64,000 nucleotides of DNA from Candidatus Latescibacterota bacterium. Lineage in GTDB: Bacteria > Latescibacterota > UBA2968 > UBA8231. The notes below the pieces were generated by a model. It was not told the origin of the DNA, ran no database searches, and was given only the letters and a program-made list of their open reading frames with translations. This document shows positions 46,361 through 56,832 of this stretch, one piece after another. Where the stretch lies: the NCBI GenBank assembly GCA_965197905.1, contig CBDAOB010000005.1:864001-928000 (forward strand), in the 5' to 3' direction. A program made the translations under genes and the position numbers. The number at the start of each line of letters is the position of its first letter. Position 1 is the stretch's first letter.

Positions 46361-49300
46361 ATGAAGGCACTTCGCGAATCTCTATTGCCTCGACTCTCCG
46401 TCGAGCGACCCACCGCCGTAATCATGGTGCTCACGGCCTTGCTGGTGGTGGGATTCATCGCCTACACCCGAATCTCGGTGAGCATGTGGCCGGGAGGATT
46501 CGAGGGCAAATGGCTCGGCTTCTGGACCTCGTACGAGAATGCGACCCCTGCCGACGTCGAGTCCACGATCACTCGCCGGATCGAAGAGGCGCTGTCCACT
46601 CTTCCGCGGGTTGAGCGCATCTGGACCGGCAGCTTCCCCGACGGAGTCTGGACCTCCATACGGTTTCTTCCGGGAACCGACATGACCCAGGCCTACGGCG
46701 ACCTGTGGGAGCGGTTGCATCGGGTGGCACCAGAACTCCCGGAAATCAGTCGGAGGTTTTGGGTGCGTCGATGGGACCCCGATGATAATCCCCTGGTCTG
46801 GACCAGCGCAGCGTTTCCGGAAGGCATAGAGCGGCCCTTCGACCTGCTCGACAGGTTCCTAAAGCCTTACCTGTTGCGTGTTGACGGCGTGGCCCAGGTG
46901 GAGATCTGGGGCGCCGGCCATAGGGAGGTCCACGTGCAGATGGACCTGGAGCGCATGCGCCGTCACGGGGTGGAGGCTCCGGAGCTGGTCCGCAGCATGC
47001 AAGACCTGAACCTGGCGATACCCAGCGGCTTCGTGCGCGACGGCGGCCGGAAGCTGTACATGCGCTCCCTGGAAGTGCTCAATTCTATCGAGGAGATACA
47101 GACGACTACGGTCGACTGGGATCATAATCTGAAGCTCGAGGACCTGGCCACCATCGAGCTGGTACAGAAAAACTGGCGCTCCTCCCGGCTCGACCGGAAA
47201 GAGGCACTGTACGTCGTGATCTGGCGCGAGGCGGGGGCCAACATGGTGGAGGTTTCGCGGGCGATACTCGCCGCCATCGATGAGGTCAGAGGCCGCCCGG
47301 AGCTTCGCGGCGCCGACATAAAGGTTCTCGACGATGGGGGCGCCCGGGTCACCGAAGCGATAGACAACCTGAAGTCGTCCGGTCTATGGGGAGGATTGTT
47401 CGCCGCCATCGTCCTCTTCCTCTTTCTGCGCACCATCAGCATGACCCTCGTGATCACAATGGCGATCCCTTTGTCGATCCTCTCGGTGATCGTGGTGCTC
47501 TATTTCCTCGATTGGTCGCTCAACCTCGCGACTATGATGGGCTTGATGCTCAGCCTCGGTCTGGTGGTGGACAATGCCATCGTCATCGTCGAGAACATCT
47601 ACCGCAAGCGCAATCAGGGTGTGGCGCCGAGGGCGGCTTCCGTGGAAGGGGCGGGCGAGGTGGCGATGGCGGTGACCATGGCCACCTTGACGACGATCGT
47701 CGTATTCCTGCCCTTGATCCTGATGAGCGACGACGAACATCTGGCCTTCTGGATGTTACGTCTGGGCATGCCGGTGATCGTGGGCCTGGCCGCTTCCCTG
47801 GTTATCGCGCTGGCGATCATACCTCTCGCTGTTATGCGGTTGCGAGGTACGGACAGGACCGAAGTGAAACTGCTTGCAAGGCTGCGGCGGCGATACGTGC
47901 CCGGTCTCAATTGGGTGCTGCATCACCGATTGGACACCTTCATCGTCGCCGCGCTGGCGCTGGCGAGCATCTGGATTCCGATGGAGGGCCTGAAGAAGAT
48001 GGACAAGGTGCAGGGGTACCAGCGCGACATCTCCATGTGGTTCACAATGCCCTCCGGCCAGTCGAGGGAGCAGGCCCTGGAATGGTTCAAGGCGGTCGAA
48101 GACACCGTCATGAACCACCAGGAAGAATACAACGTGTGGACCATTAGGGGCTGGTACAGCAACAGCCGCGCGCGGGTCATCGCGGTATTCAACCCTCCCA
48201 AGCGGATCGAGTGGTACCAGGTCGCGTTCAACGACCTGTCCATCTGGTTGGGCTTGAAGGAAAAGCCGCATATGACCCCTACGGAGGTCGGCGAGGATCT
48301 GAGGAAGCGCTTGCGGCTGCCTGCCGGTTATCTCATGAGGGTGGACTGGGAGGAGGGTGATAGCCGCCCTTCGGTCAACGTCGATCTGCACGGTGAAGAC
48401 ACACGCGTCTTGAGCGGTCTAGCGATGGAGGTCAGGCGCCGGCTGAAAGCCATTCCCGGCCTCCTCGAGGTGTTCACCGAAATCGACATCGGCGCCCCCG
48501 AGCTGCGGGTCCACCTGGACCAGGACCAAGTCCGCAAGTACGGGCTCGATCCCCGGGAGGTTCTGCGGGATATCACCTACGCCTTTCGCGGAACGGACGT
48601 CGCCGGATTTCGCTCCGAAGAGGGGGTGGACATGGATATGCGCGTGCTTCTGTCGGAGGACGACCGGCAGAACATTCAAAGCTTGCGGGAATTCGCTTTT
48701 CGCACCGCCGAAGGCCAGGAGGTTCCGTTGGAGGCACTGGCGTCGATCTCCCAGACCCGCGGCATGAGCCGCATCGCTCGCTTGGACCGGCAAACCACCT
48801 TACAGATAACGGCGGTTGCCAAAAAAGAGGATGCCAAGAAACTGTTCGAGCAGATCGACGACGCGATGAAGGGGTTCGAGATGCCGCGGGGGTATTCGTG
48901 GGACAAGGGTGCGCGCTACGAACGCATGGAAGAGGCGGACGAGTCCCAGCGCTTCGCCATCATCCTGGCGACTACCTGTGTCTTTCTGCTGATGGGCATG
49001 TTGTTTGAATCCCTGATGCTGCCGCTCTCGGTGATTGTCGCCGTCCCGTTCGCGTTTCTCGGGGTCTACTGGACGCTCTACTTGACCGGAAGCCCAATGG
49101 ATATGCTCTCCCAGATCGGCATGGTCCTGTTGATCGGGGTGGTGGTGAACAACGCCATCGTCATGGTAGATCTGACCAATCGTCTGCGAGCCGAAGGGAT
49201 GGATCGGCACGAGGCGCTCATCGAGGCAGGCCGCCACCGGTTCAGGCCGATCCTGATGACGACCTTCACCACGGTGTGCGGACTGATTCCGATGGCAGTG

Positions 49301-49528
49301 GGCAACGCCAAGGTCTTCGGATGGCAATACGCGCCGTTGGGCCGCACCATTATCGGCGGCATGCTCGTGTCCATGGTGCTGACCCTCATAATCGTGCCCC
49401 TCTTCTACACCCTGTTCGACGATCTTCGTCTGTTGATTCGCCGCGTCGTGGTTCTTGGCGATCATCACCGTCGTCGGGTCGCCAGCGGCGAGGAGCCAAC
49501 ATTGGCCGACGCGAAAAGTCATAGCTAG
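46361..49528 (+). CDS. RND efflux transporter permease (AcrB/AcrD/AcrF family)
   Basis: Two large periplasmic loops; GLVVDNAIVIVENI, GVVVNNAIV, RFRPILMTT. Confidence 0.92.
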   Translation: MKALRESLLPRLSVERPTAVIMVLTALLVVGFIAYTRISVSMWPGGFEGKWLGFWTSYENATPADVESTITRRIEEALSTLPRVERIWTGSFPDGVWTSIRFLPGTDMTQAYGDLWERLHRVAPELPEISRRFWVRRWDPDDNPLVWTSAAFPEGIERPFDLLDRFLKPYLLRVDGVAQVEIWGAGHREVHVQMDLERMRRHGVEAPELVRSMQDLNLAIPSGFVRDGGRKLYMRSLEVLNSIEEIQTTTVDWDHNLKLEDLATIELVQKNWRSSRLDRKEALYVVIWREAGANMVEVSRAILAAIDEVRGRPELRGADIKVLDDGGARVTEAIDNLKSSGLWGGLFAAIVLFLFLRTISMTLVITMAIPLSILSVIVVLYFLDWSLNLATMMGLMLSLGLVVDNAIVIVENIYRKRNQGVAPRAASVEGAGEVAMAVTMATLTTIVVFLPLILMSDDEHLAFWMLRLGMPVIVGLAASLVIALAIIPLAVMRLRGTDRTEVKLLARLRRRYVPGLNWVLHHRLDTFIVAALALASIWIPMEGLKKMDKVQGYQRDISMWFTMPSGQSREQALEWFKAVEDTVMNHQEEYNVWTIRGWYSNSRARVIAVFNPPKRIEWYQVAFNDLSIWLGLKEKPHMTPTEVGEDLRKRLRLPAGYLMRVDWEEGDSRPSVNVDLHGEDTRVLSGLAMEVRRRLKAIPGLLEVFTEIDIGAPELRVHLDQDQVRKYGLDPREVLRDITYAFRGTDVAGFRSEEGVDMDMRVLLSEDDRQNIQSLREFAFRTAEGQEVPLEALASISQTRGMSRIARLDRQTTLQITAVAKKEDAKKLFEQIDDAMKGFEMPRGYSWDKGARYERMEEADESQRFAIILATTCVFLLMGMLFESLMLPLSVIVAVPFAFLGVYWTLYLTGSPMDMLSQIGMVLLIGVVVNNAIVMVDLTNRLRAEGMDRHEALIEAGRHRFRPILMTTFTTVCGLIPMAVGNAKVFGWQYAPLGRTIIGGMLVSMVLTLIIVPLFYTLFDDLRLLIRRVVVLGDHHRRRVASGEEPTLADAKSHS

Positions 49529-49633
49529 GCTGGCAACCGAGGATGATTTGGGCACCATCGGCGAGATCTTCAACTAAGAGGCCCTGCCCGAACCTGGGCG
49601 CTCGTCGATCGGACCTGGGGGATTGCCTCTAAG

Positions 49634-52594
49634 CTACATCAGCTGATGGAAGTCGGGGAACCCGATAAGAGCGCGGACAAAGAAGGAAAGGGTGTCGAAG
49701 TCGGCAACCTGTCGGGCCGGTGCCTCAAACTTTCTGGCGTCTCGGTGCAGGCCGACAATCGTATAGAGATCGTAGCCGAAGTAGCGCGACGAGTTCGTAA
49801 TGGTAGCCATGAGCGTGCGGCGCTCAAAGTCGTCCAGCTCGCGGGCGTTGTTCCTGAATCGATAGGGTAGCGGACCCCAACCCTGGATGCCAAGTCGTGC
49901 CGTGGTTCTTCGCATTATAGGTAACGTCAGCTGGAGTATTGGCATCGTCTCGTACTCCATGCGCATCACCCGGTCCTGCTCCTGATCAACGAATCTGATC
50001 ATCTGGAACTTGAACTTGGGCTGGATGCTGAAGCGGCCGATCATCCAGGTGTAGTCGATGCGGTTCACCATCGTCCAGTGATCCAAACGGCGCTTGCGCT
50101 CTATGCGGCCAGCCGACTGGCGTCCTCCCTGCTGCCAGTTCAACCGCAGCCGGATTTTCTGGACCAGGTTCAGCGTCGACCAGGGTCGCAGCCAACTCTC
50201 CAGGTAGGACTCGTTAACATAACTATTTTCGTACCAAAGTGGATCCTGTCGCTGGTGGTTGAGGAACGACCGATTACCGTGGTAGAAATGGTGCACGAAG
50301 TACTGGTAGGTGTCCGTGAACTGGCGGTCCTCCGTGAAGACGTTGTACTCGTCCGGAATGGAGTCTTCAACCCTTCGAAAGTGGTTCTCCGCAAAGACTC
50401 GCCGCAAGCGCTCGTTGCCGCTTCGTTCGTAGGTGAGCAGCGCATAGGTGGAACGGTTGTTGCGCCCTCCGGCAATCTCGTCGATGTCGTAGCGGCCCAC
50501 GGCGAACATCAGATTTCGCGTCAGGTTGGTCTGCCCGAAGAGATGGTAACCCCGTTGATCGGGATCATACGGATGGTCGGGAGCCAGGTCGTCTTCCCTT
50601 TGATCCGGCTCATCGTTGTTGTTGCGGTCGAGCCCGTAGGTGTAGTCGTTCGGCTCGACCTCGTACATCAGGAACGGCTCCAGGTAATCCGGCAATGCGT
50701 CGCCGTTTCGATTGACGTCCGGAAACCCGTCGTTGTTCTGATCCTGGGCCAGGTAGACCCCGTCGGCGTCGACGCCGATGTCGTTGCGGTAGATGCTCCC
50801 AGGGGTGTAGCCTGAGCGCTTGTCGGGAAACTGGTCGCCGTCCTCGTTGTCCTGCACCAGATCCCAGTACATGGTCTCGTTCGTCAGCGCCTTTATCACG
50901 CTGCGTCTGTCTGACACAACGCCCTTCTCCTCCCAGATGAAGGTGCGCATGGTGGTGGTGAAATCAGGGTTCATGGTGAAGTACTCTCCCCCGAAACTCC
51001 AATTCTTATACCACCTGGTGGCGTTTACGAAGTAGGCCGAACCGTTGTTGGTGAAGCGCGGACTCTCATTGAAGGCAGGCCGATTCTCGATCTCGGCTGG
51101 GAAACGCCGATACACTCGGGAACGAGCGTACTCACCGTTGATCTCAGCGCCCACGAACTGCAGGTTCAAGTCCGCGCTGTAGGTGAAAATGGAGGTGTCT
51201 TCACCCATCTTGAATCGAACCCGCTTTAAGTTGCTGCCATCCTGCACGTTGCCCCGGGCCCGCAACACCGTCCGATAGAACTCGCTCTTGAAGCGACCCC
51301 CGTACCCCTTGCTCCTTGGACTATCTTCATAGAGCGACGCGACGTCGATCCTGTAGTCGTTGGCGACCGTCGCCTCCACCTCCATCGATACCATCAGGGT
51401 CTCACCAGTCATATCGAACAGGAATGCGAGCTGCCAGTCGCCGTCGGCGTGAAGGATTTCAGTGGGCGATTCCATCGTGAAATGGGCAAGGAGGCCCCGG
51501 AGATTGGCCTCTTTGCTCACGTCGATCCCCGCCTCGTGATCCATCCGGTAGAGGTAGTCGGTATATTTGACGATATCGTTGCGACCTACGAAGTAGGTCC
51601 CGTAGAATTCCCCCCTGGTCTTGAAGTACTGACCTGAGATAAAACCACCAGTGGTTGTTGTTCGCCCGACCTGACTGGATATACCGGAGCGGTTGCGGAT
51701 TACCTGAGGCACGATGTCGGGCCGGCGCTCGCCGTTTACCACCAACACCACGTCCCGCACCATGGCGCCCCCTTTCCCGTCGCGGGGCGAGTCGTCAGAG
51801 AACCGCACCACCACCCAATCGGCCAGGGGCGTCCGCGGACGTAGCTTGCCCTTGATGCTGTTTCCCGGCTCCGTGCTCATATAGGTGTGCACATTGGCGA
51901 GATTCAACCCCAACGTAGCAGCGCCGAGCTCCGCCTGCGCCCGCCCTCCTAGTAGAAGGGAGGATTCGCGCGCGAACATCTTGTTTTCGATATGGTACTG
52001 AGACATGGGGTTGTAGTCCCATCCGCGCGGCGAGTACGGGCGTTCGACGCGACTGGCCAGGGTGGTGAGTTTCAAGCGCGGGGTCCACAGGTCTATCCGC
52101 AGCCCATTGTAGTCTACCTGGGAAAGGGTCAACGGCGTAAAGCGAGCAGTGAGTCCATGGCCGACCATGGCGCCGTACCCCCAATTCCCGTATCCGTCCC
52201 GGGCGATCGCGGTGTAGTTGAACGCCTCAATCCAGGTACCCTCATCGATTTGGATGCTGCTGCCCCACTCCTGACTCGGCTGGCGGGTCTCGGTCCAATT
52301 GAAGAGGTCGAAGCCATGGATAAGGTGATTGCCGAATCCATCATATACCGCCTTGGGATGGTAATTGTCCACAAATTGCGTGCCTTGGGGCAGGACGTGG
52401 TGCAGGTAGTTTGAGTAGCGGCCGAGTGCGAAATTCCTGTAACCGGGCCGTTCGTAGCGCAGCACAGGCCGTGAAGGGAGGACTTGAGGAACGTTGGCGG
52501 TAACCTGCTCAGCCTCGAGTTGAAGCGGTCCAGCGAGGTTGGTCAGCATTCCCATCTGAACAACCAGGGTCAACACACGTTGCGCGTTGTGCAT
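49634..52594 (-). CDS. Large hypothetical secreted/outer-membrane protein with Asp-rich Ca-binding-like repeats (paralog of 52680-55418)
   Basis: ~986 aa; hydrophobic N-terminus; DxNxDG motifs; amphipathic beta strands at the C-terminus; start uncertain. Confidence 0.7.
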   Translation of the reverse strand: MHNAQRVLTLVVQMGMLTNLAGPLQLEAEQVTANVPQVLPSRPVLRYERPGYRNFALGRYSNYLHHVLPQGTQFVDNYHPKAVYDGFGNHLIHGFDLFNWTETRQPSQEWGSSIQIDEGTWIEAFNYTAIARDGYGNWGYGAMVGHGLTARFTPLTLSQVDYNGLRIDLWTPRLKLTTLASRVERPYSPRGWDYNPMSQYHIENKMFARESSLLLGGRAQAELGAATLGLNLANVHTYMSTEPGNSIKGKLRPRTPLADWVVVRFSDDSPRDGKGGAMVRDVVLVVNGERRPDIVPQVIRNRSGISSQVGRTTTTGGFISGQYFKTRGEFYGTYFVGRNDIVKYTDYLYRMDHEAGIDVSKEANLRGLLAHFTMESPTEILHADGDWQLAFLFDMTGETLMVSMEVEATVANDYRIDVASLYEDSPRSKGYGGRFKSEFYRTVLRARGNVQDGSNLKRVRFKMGEDTSIFTYSADLNLQFVGAEINGEYARSRVYRRFPAEIENRPAFNESPRFTNNGSAYFVNATRWYKNWSFGGEYFTMNPDFTTTMRTFIWEEKGVVSDRRSVIKALTNETMYWDLVQDNEDGDQFPDKRSGYTPGSIYRNDIGVDADGVYLAQDQNNDGFPDVNRNGDALPDYLEPFLMYEVEPNDYTYGLDRNNNDEPDQREDDLAPDHPYDPDQRGYHLFGQTNLTRNLMFAVGRYDIDEIAGGRNNRSTYALLTYERSGNERLRRVFAENHFRRVEDSIPDEYNVFTEDRQFTDTYQYFVHHFYHGNRSFLNHQRQDPLWYENSYVNESYLESWLRPWSTLNLVQKIRLRLNWQQGGRQSAGRIERKRRLDHWTMVNRIDYTWMIGRFSIQPKFKFQMIRFVDQEQDRVMRMEYETMPILQLTLPIMRRTTARLGIQGWGPLPYRFRNNARELDDFERRTLMATITNSSRYFGYDLYTIVGLHRDARKFEAPARQVADFDTLSFFVRALIGFPDFHQLM

Positions 52595-52679
52595 ACTGTT
52601 CACGATTCGGGTTTCAATGGCATGGCAATACCCAAATAATAGGAAGCTTTTGGAAAGGAACCAAACACGAGAGGGACCG

Positions 52680-55418
52680 CTAGATGAGCCGGCCGTATTC
52701 GGTGAACCCGACCAGAGCGCGCACAAAAAACGCTACGGTGTCGAAATTCTCGGATATCCGAGCCGGAGAATCATAGGTGAGACGGTCTTTTTCGAGACCG
52801 ACGATGGTGATCAGGTCATAACCGAAGTAGGTCGAACGCATGGTCACCGATGAGATGGCGGTACGGCGATCGAAGCTCTCCAGCTTGCGGGCGCGGTCGT
52901 CGAAGCGGTAGGGCAGGGGTCCCCATCCCTGCAGGCCGATGCGAAAAAAGGTCCGCGGCATCAGCCGAAAGCTTGCCTGCACGATCGGCAACGTATCGTA
53001 TTCCGAACGAATCAGCTGGTCGGAGCGCTGGTCTACCGCTCGCAGCGCCAGGAATTTGAATTTCGGCTGCACGGCGAGCCGTCCGCGGCGCCAAGAGTAA
53101 TCGACGGCGTGAACCGAGGTCCAGTAATCCAGCCGGCCTTCTCGCGAGCGAAATCCGCCCGGCAGCAGCCCGGGCTGCTGCCAGTTCAGCCGCAGCCGCA
53201 GCTTCTGCACCAGATTTAGGCCGCGCAACGGTTGCAGTCGCGCTTCCAGGTACCCCTCGTTTACGAAGCTGTCCCGGTAGGACAAGGGATCCTTGCGACT
53301 CTTCGGGCGAAAACCTCTGGAACCGTAGGTCATCGCCGTGTGCACCGAGTATCTCCGATATATCGAGCTGAAGCGGCGTTCCTCGGCGATGACGTTGTAG
53401 CGATCCGGGATGTCATCCTTCACTCGCCTGAGATTGTTCTCGAAGAAGAGGGTTTGCAGGCGATCAACGCCCTCGCGCCGATAAGTGAGCAGCGCGTAAT
53501 CTGTTGCGCTTCTTCCGGCGCCCGCCATTTCCTCTGCCTGGTAATGCCCGATGGCCAACGACCAGTGGCGACTGAGATCCAGCTGACCAAATAGATGGTA
53601 CCCTCGTTCATCCCAGTTGTATGGATAATCCGGCTCCCAGTCGTCTTCGCGAAAATCAGGCTCGTCGTTGTTGTTGCGATCGAGACCGTAGGAAAACTCG
53701 CTCGGCTCCACATCGAACATGAGGAACGGTTCGACATAGTCGGGTAGCGGGTCCCCGTCCCTGTTGGTGTCGGGATAACCGTCGCGGTCCACATCCTGAC
53801 CCAGATAGACACCGTCGTTATCGGCAAAGTCCGCTTCGCTGTCTCCGTCGTCGTTGTCCTCTACCAGGCTGTTGAAGTTAGGGTGGATCTTGAAGAGCTC
53901 GGCTCCGAAACGCCCGTGCCCGAACCAGCGGATCAGGTTGACAAAGTATGCATCTCCCGGCCTGGTGAACCGCGGAGAGTCGTCGAGGGTCTTTTCTCGG
54001 CCGACGTGAGCGGGGTAACGGAAATTCTGTGACGAGCGGGCGTACTCTGCGTGCATCTCAAGGCCCAGCATGACCAGACTCATCTCGCCGCTGTAATAGA
54101 AATTGCCGGTAAACTCGCCGATCTGAAAAGACACCCGCCTGAAATTGGAGCCGTCCTGGACATCGCCCCAGGCGCGACGGACGCGATAGTAGGACCGGGC
54201 TTGGTAGCGCTGCACATAGTTGGGATTGCGATCGTTGATCGTTTTTATGGTGGCCCAGCTGAATTCGTAGTCATTCGCTGCCAGGGCTTCCACCGCAACG
54301 GAGATCACGCTCGGTTCCGCAGACAGGTCGAAGATGTAGACCACCTGCTCGTCGCGATCGAACTGCATGGCTTCGACGCTTGAAACCAGGGGAAAGCTCT
54401 TCAGCAACCCGGGCAGGTTGGTGCGATCGCTTACATCCTCACCACGCTCGTGGGCAATGCGGTAGAGATAGTCAGCATGCAGGGGGTTGTGAGCTCCGCC
54501 GATATAGCGCGTCGGTCGGAAGCGTCCGGTTTCCGCCGAAACGTAGCCGATTTGGGTTGCCTCGGCGGCGCGGTGGCGAATGACATACGGAACCAGGTCC
54601 GGCCGCTTCTCGCCATTGACAATGAGCAGCAGATCCTGAACCATTGGTCCGGAGTGACCATCCTCGGGGGAATCGTCCCTGACCCGCACGAAAATCCAAT
54701 CGGCTATTTCGATCTCCCTGTCCAATCGGCCTTTGAGGCTGTTTCCGGGGAGGGTACTGATATATCTGTGGTAGTTCCCCCAGTTGAGTGCGAGCTTCAG
54801 CCCGCCTATCTCGGTCTGCACTCGATTGGCCAGCCATAAGCGCGTACCTCCCCTCCAGTGTCCCCACCGTCGCATATATCCAGTGAATTGCGCCTTTGGG
54901 GTCAGCAAATCGACTCTCAGGCCGGATGTGTTTGCCCGCGAGATGGTGAGCGGGGAAAGGTGAAGCCGCCCCGTCGATCCAGCCAATGCCCGGTAACCCC
55001 ATTTGCCGTAGCCGTCATTGCCAACGATGACACCACTGTCCCGCTGGATGTAGTTGCTGCCGCAAACGGCACCGCGACGGTCTTCGCAGCTCAATCCCGG
55101 CTGTCGCAGCTCCTGCCAATTGAGAAACTCGAAGCCGGTGATCTGCTCGTTGCCTAGGGGACCGTAGAACCCCCGCGGATGGTAGTTGTCGCGGAGGGCC
55201 AGTGCGGTCGGAATGGTGTGGTTGGCATAGTTGACGAAGTGGTTGATGGCGTAGTTCTGGTAGCTGATGGCGTCCCGCCGCATCATCAGCCGCTGTGGGG
55301 TGATCTCCTCCCTTTTTAAGGGTCGCTGTGACGCTGCTCCTGCCGTTTGAACCCACAGCGCGGTCAAGGCCATACACAGTAGGAACGGTTTGGAACGCAA
55401 GACCGGTCGAGGGCGCAT
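52680..55418 (-). CDS. Large hypothetical secreted/outer-membrane protein (paralog of 49634-52594)
   Basis: 912 aa; signal peptide; shares DDSPxDG, EPFLMxxVEP, YGLDRNNNDEPD, QGWGPLPYRF, FFVRALxGF blocks. Confidence 0.75.
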   Translation of the reverse strand: MRPRPVLRSKPFLLCMALTALWVQTAGAASQRPLKREEITPQRLMMRRDAISYQNYAINHFVNYANHTIPTALALRDNYHPRGFYGPLGNEQITGFEFLNWQELRQPGLSCEDRRGAVCGSNYIQRDSGVIVGNDGYGKWGYRALAGSTGRLHLSPLTISRANTSGLRVDLLTPKAQFTGYMRRWGHWRGGTRLWLANRVQTEIGGLKLALNWGNYHRYISTLPGNSLKGRLDREIEIADWIFVRVRDDSPEDGHSGPMVQDLLLIVNGEKRPDLVPYVIRHRAAEATQIGYVSAETGRFRPTRYIGGAHNPLHADYLYRIAHERGEDVSDRTNLPGLLKSFPLVSSVEAMQFDRDEQVVYIFDLSAEPSVISVAVEALAANDYEFSWATIKTINDRNPNYVQRYQARSYYRVRRAWGDVQDGSNFRRVSFQIGEFTGNFYYSGEMSLVMLGLEMHAEYARSSQNFRYPAHVGREKTLDDSPRFTRPGDAYFVNLIRWFGHGRFGAELFKIHPNFNSLVEDNDDGDSEADFADNDGVYLGQDVDRDGYPDTNRDGDPLPDYVEPFLMFDVEPSEFSYGLDRNNNDEPDFREDDWEPDYPYNWDERGYHLFGQLDLSRHWSLAIGHYQAEEMAGAGRSATDYALLTYRREGVDRLQTLFFENNLRRVKDDIPDRYNVIAEERRFSSIYRRYSVHTAMTYGSRGFRPKSRKDPLSYRDSFVNEGYLEARLQPLRGLNLVQKLRLRLNWQQPGLLPGGFRSREGRLDYWTSVHAVDYSWRRGRLAVQPKFKFLALRAVDQRSDQLIRSEYDTLPIVQASFRLMPRTFFRIGLQGWGPLPYRFDDRARKLESFDRRTAISSVTMRSTYFGYDLITIVGLEKDRLTYDSPARISENFDTVAFFVRALVGFTEYGRLI

Positions 55419-55445
55419 TCGTCCAGGTAACCCAAGTGGCAGTTG

Positions 55446-56786
55446 CTAACGCTGCATGGTGAGAAAAGCGCTTATTTTGGCGGGTATCCCAGGTTCTGCG
55501 GACTTGGCCTCGGCCTTTAGATAGTTCCAGGCGCCACTGATGAGCGAATGGGTTCCTTCGCTGGCATCGAGGTGACTCTCTTCGTGCACGCTCTGCCAAT
55601 CTTTGGCATTGTGGGAACCGAGCAGGCGCCAGCACAGATCCCCACTCGAGCTTTTGTTGTAGACCTGGAGGTTCTTGTCTCGGTAGCCCCGGGACTCCAT
55701 CGTCGCCCCTTCGACGAAATCGTCACTCGTTGCGCATTCATGAAAGAGGTACCCTTCTTTCTCGCGCCGCTCCGGGATACAGAACGGGTTCATCTCGTAG
55801 ATCATGTTGCGACCCCAATCGGTAACCAGGAAGGTGCCGCGTCTGGTGATGTGGATATAGGTGGGCAGAACGACATTCGCCGAGGCGTTCAGCAGACCCT
55901 CACCGCTGGTGCCCCCGAGATCCCAGATCAGTTCCTTGTCCTGGTTGACGCAGAAGATGCGGGCGCGCTCGTCGACGATAACGGTCATCCCGCCGCCGTG
56001 CTCGTTGCTGCCGTACCTGAGAGCCCGCACCGGGCAGCCGAGGCGGTCGTAGAGATCACCGCCGGTCCCGTTGGCCACGTTGCCCCGGTCTCCGGCGTCG
56101 CCATACGACCATTTCACCTCGCTCGTCGCCGTGTCGATCTCCTGGATGGTCCGATTGCCTCCCCAGAATCCCGCCAGCAGGTCGCCCCCGTAGGAATCGT
56201 TGAAGTCAAACAGCCGCTGCAGATAGAACGGATGGCCATGGGGATCGGTGTCGTAATGCCACGCGATCTCCTGGTCAGCCATGCGGATCTTGTAGATGCC
56301 GCGGGGTTGATCGGAGACCATGATATGCTCGTCGTCCCAGTGGATTGCTTCGAGAGGAGCCTGCATCTTGTCGCAGCACCAGAGGATCTCGCCGCTGTCG
56401 CGGTGGAGGATCATGATCCGGTGGTCTCTCTTCCACTCGGAAACCAGGACGTGGCCGCAATATGGCCCCGACGTGAGAAAATAGGCGGAGTGGGTAGCTT
56501 CCTGGAGGTCGCCGGTGCCGGCTACGCCGCGCTCACCGCGGAGGATGCGGGCTTCTCCAGTGGATCGACTAATCACGAGGACGTCACAGCCGAACTGCTC
56601 GGAGACGACGATTTCGTCCGGATTCAGCGGATTCTCGGCAGCGGTGTGTGGGCCCGCCAGTTCACCGTCACCGAATCCCACATTCCCCGTTCCATAGGAC
56701 CACAGCACGTGCTGATCGAAGAGCGGGACGGTGGACCGCAGCGCCTGCTTACCGGCGTTGGTCTGGGGTAGATGTCCGTTTTCCAT
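55446..56786 (-). CDS. Hypothetical beta-propeller protein
   Basis: Repeated xxxGEILW / EIAWHY / EVKWSY / ELIWD blade-end motifs. Confidence 0.6.
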   Translation of the reverse strand: MENGHLPQTNAGKQALRSTVPLFDQHVLWSYGTGNVGFGDGELAGPHTAAENPLNPDEIVVSEQFGCDVLVISRSTGEARILRGERGVAGTGDLQEATHSAYFLTSGPYCGHVLVSEWKRDHRIMILHRDSGEILWCCDKMQAPLEAIHWDDEHIMVSDQPRGIYKIRMADQEIAWHYDTDPHGHPFYLQRLFDFNDSYGGDLLAGFWGGNRTIQEIDTATSEVKWSYGDAGDRGNVANGTGGDLYDRLGCPVRALRYGSNEHGGGMTVIVDERARIFCVNQDKELIWDLGGTSGEGLLNASANVVLPTYIHITRRGTFLVTDWGRNMIYEMNPFCIPERREKEGYLFHECATSDDFVEGATMESRGYRDKNLQVYNKSSSGDLCWRLLGSHNAKDWQSVHEESHLDASEGTHSLISGAWNYLKAEAKSAEPGIPAKISAFLTMQR

Positions 56787-56832
56787 CTGTCCTGCCTTTC
56801 GTCGAAGCAGTCGTAGCGGACCGCTAACCAGA

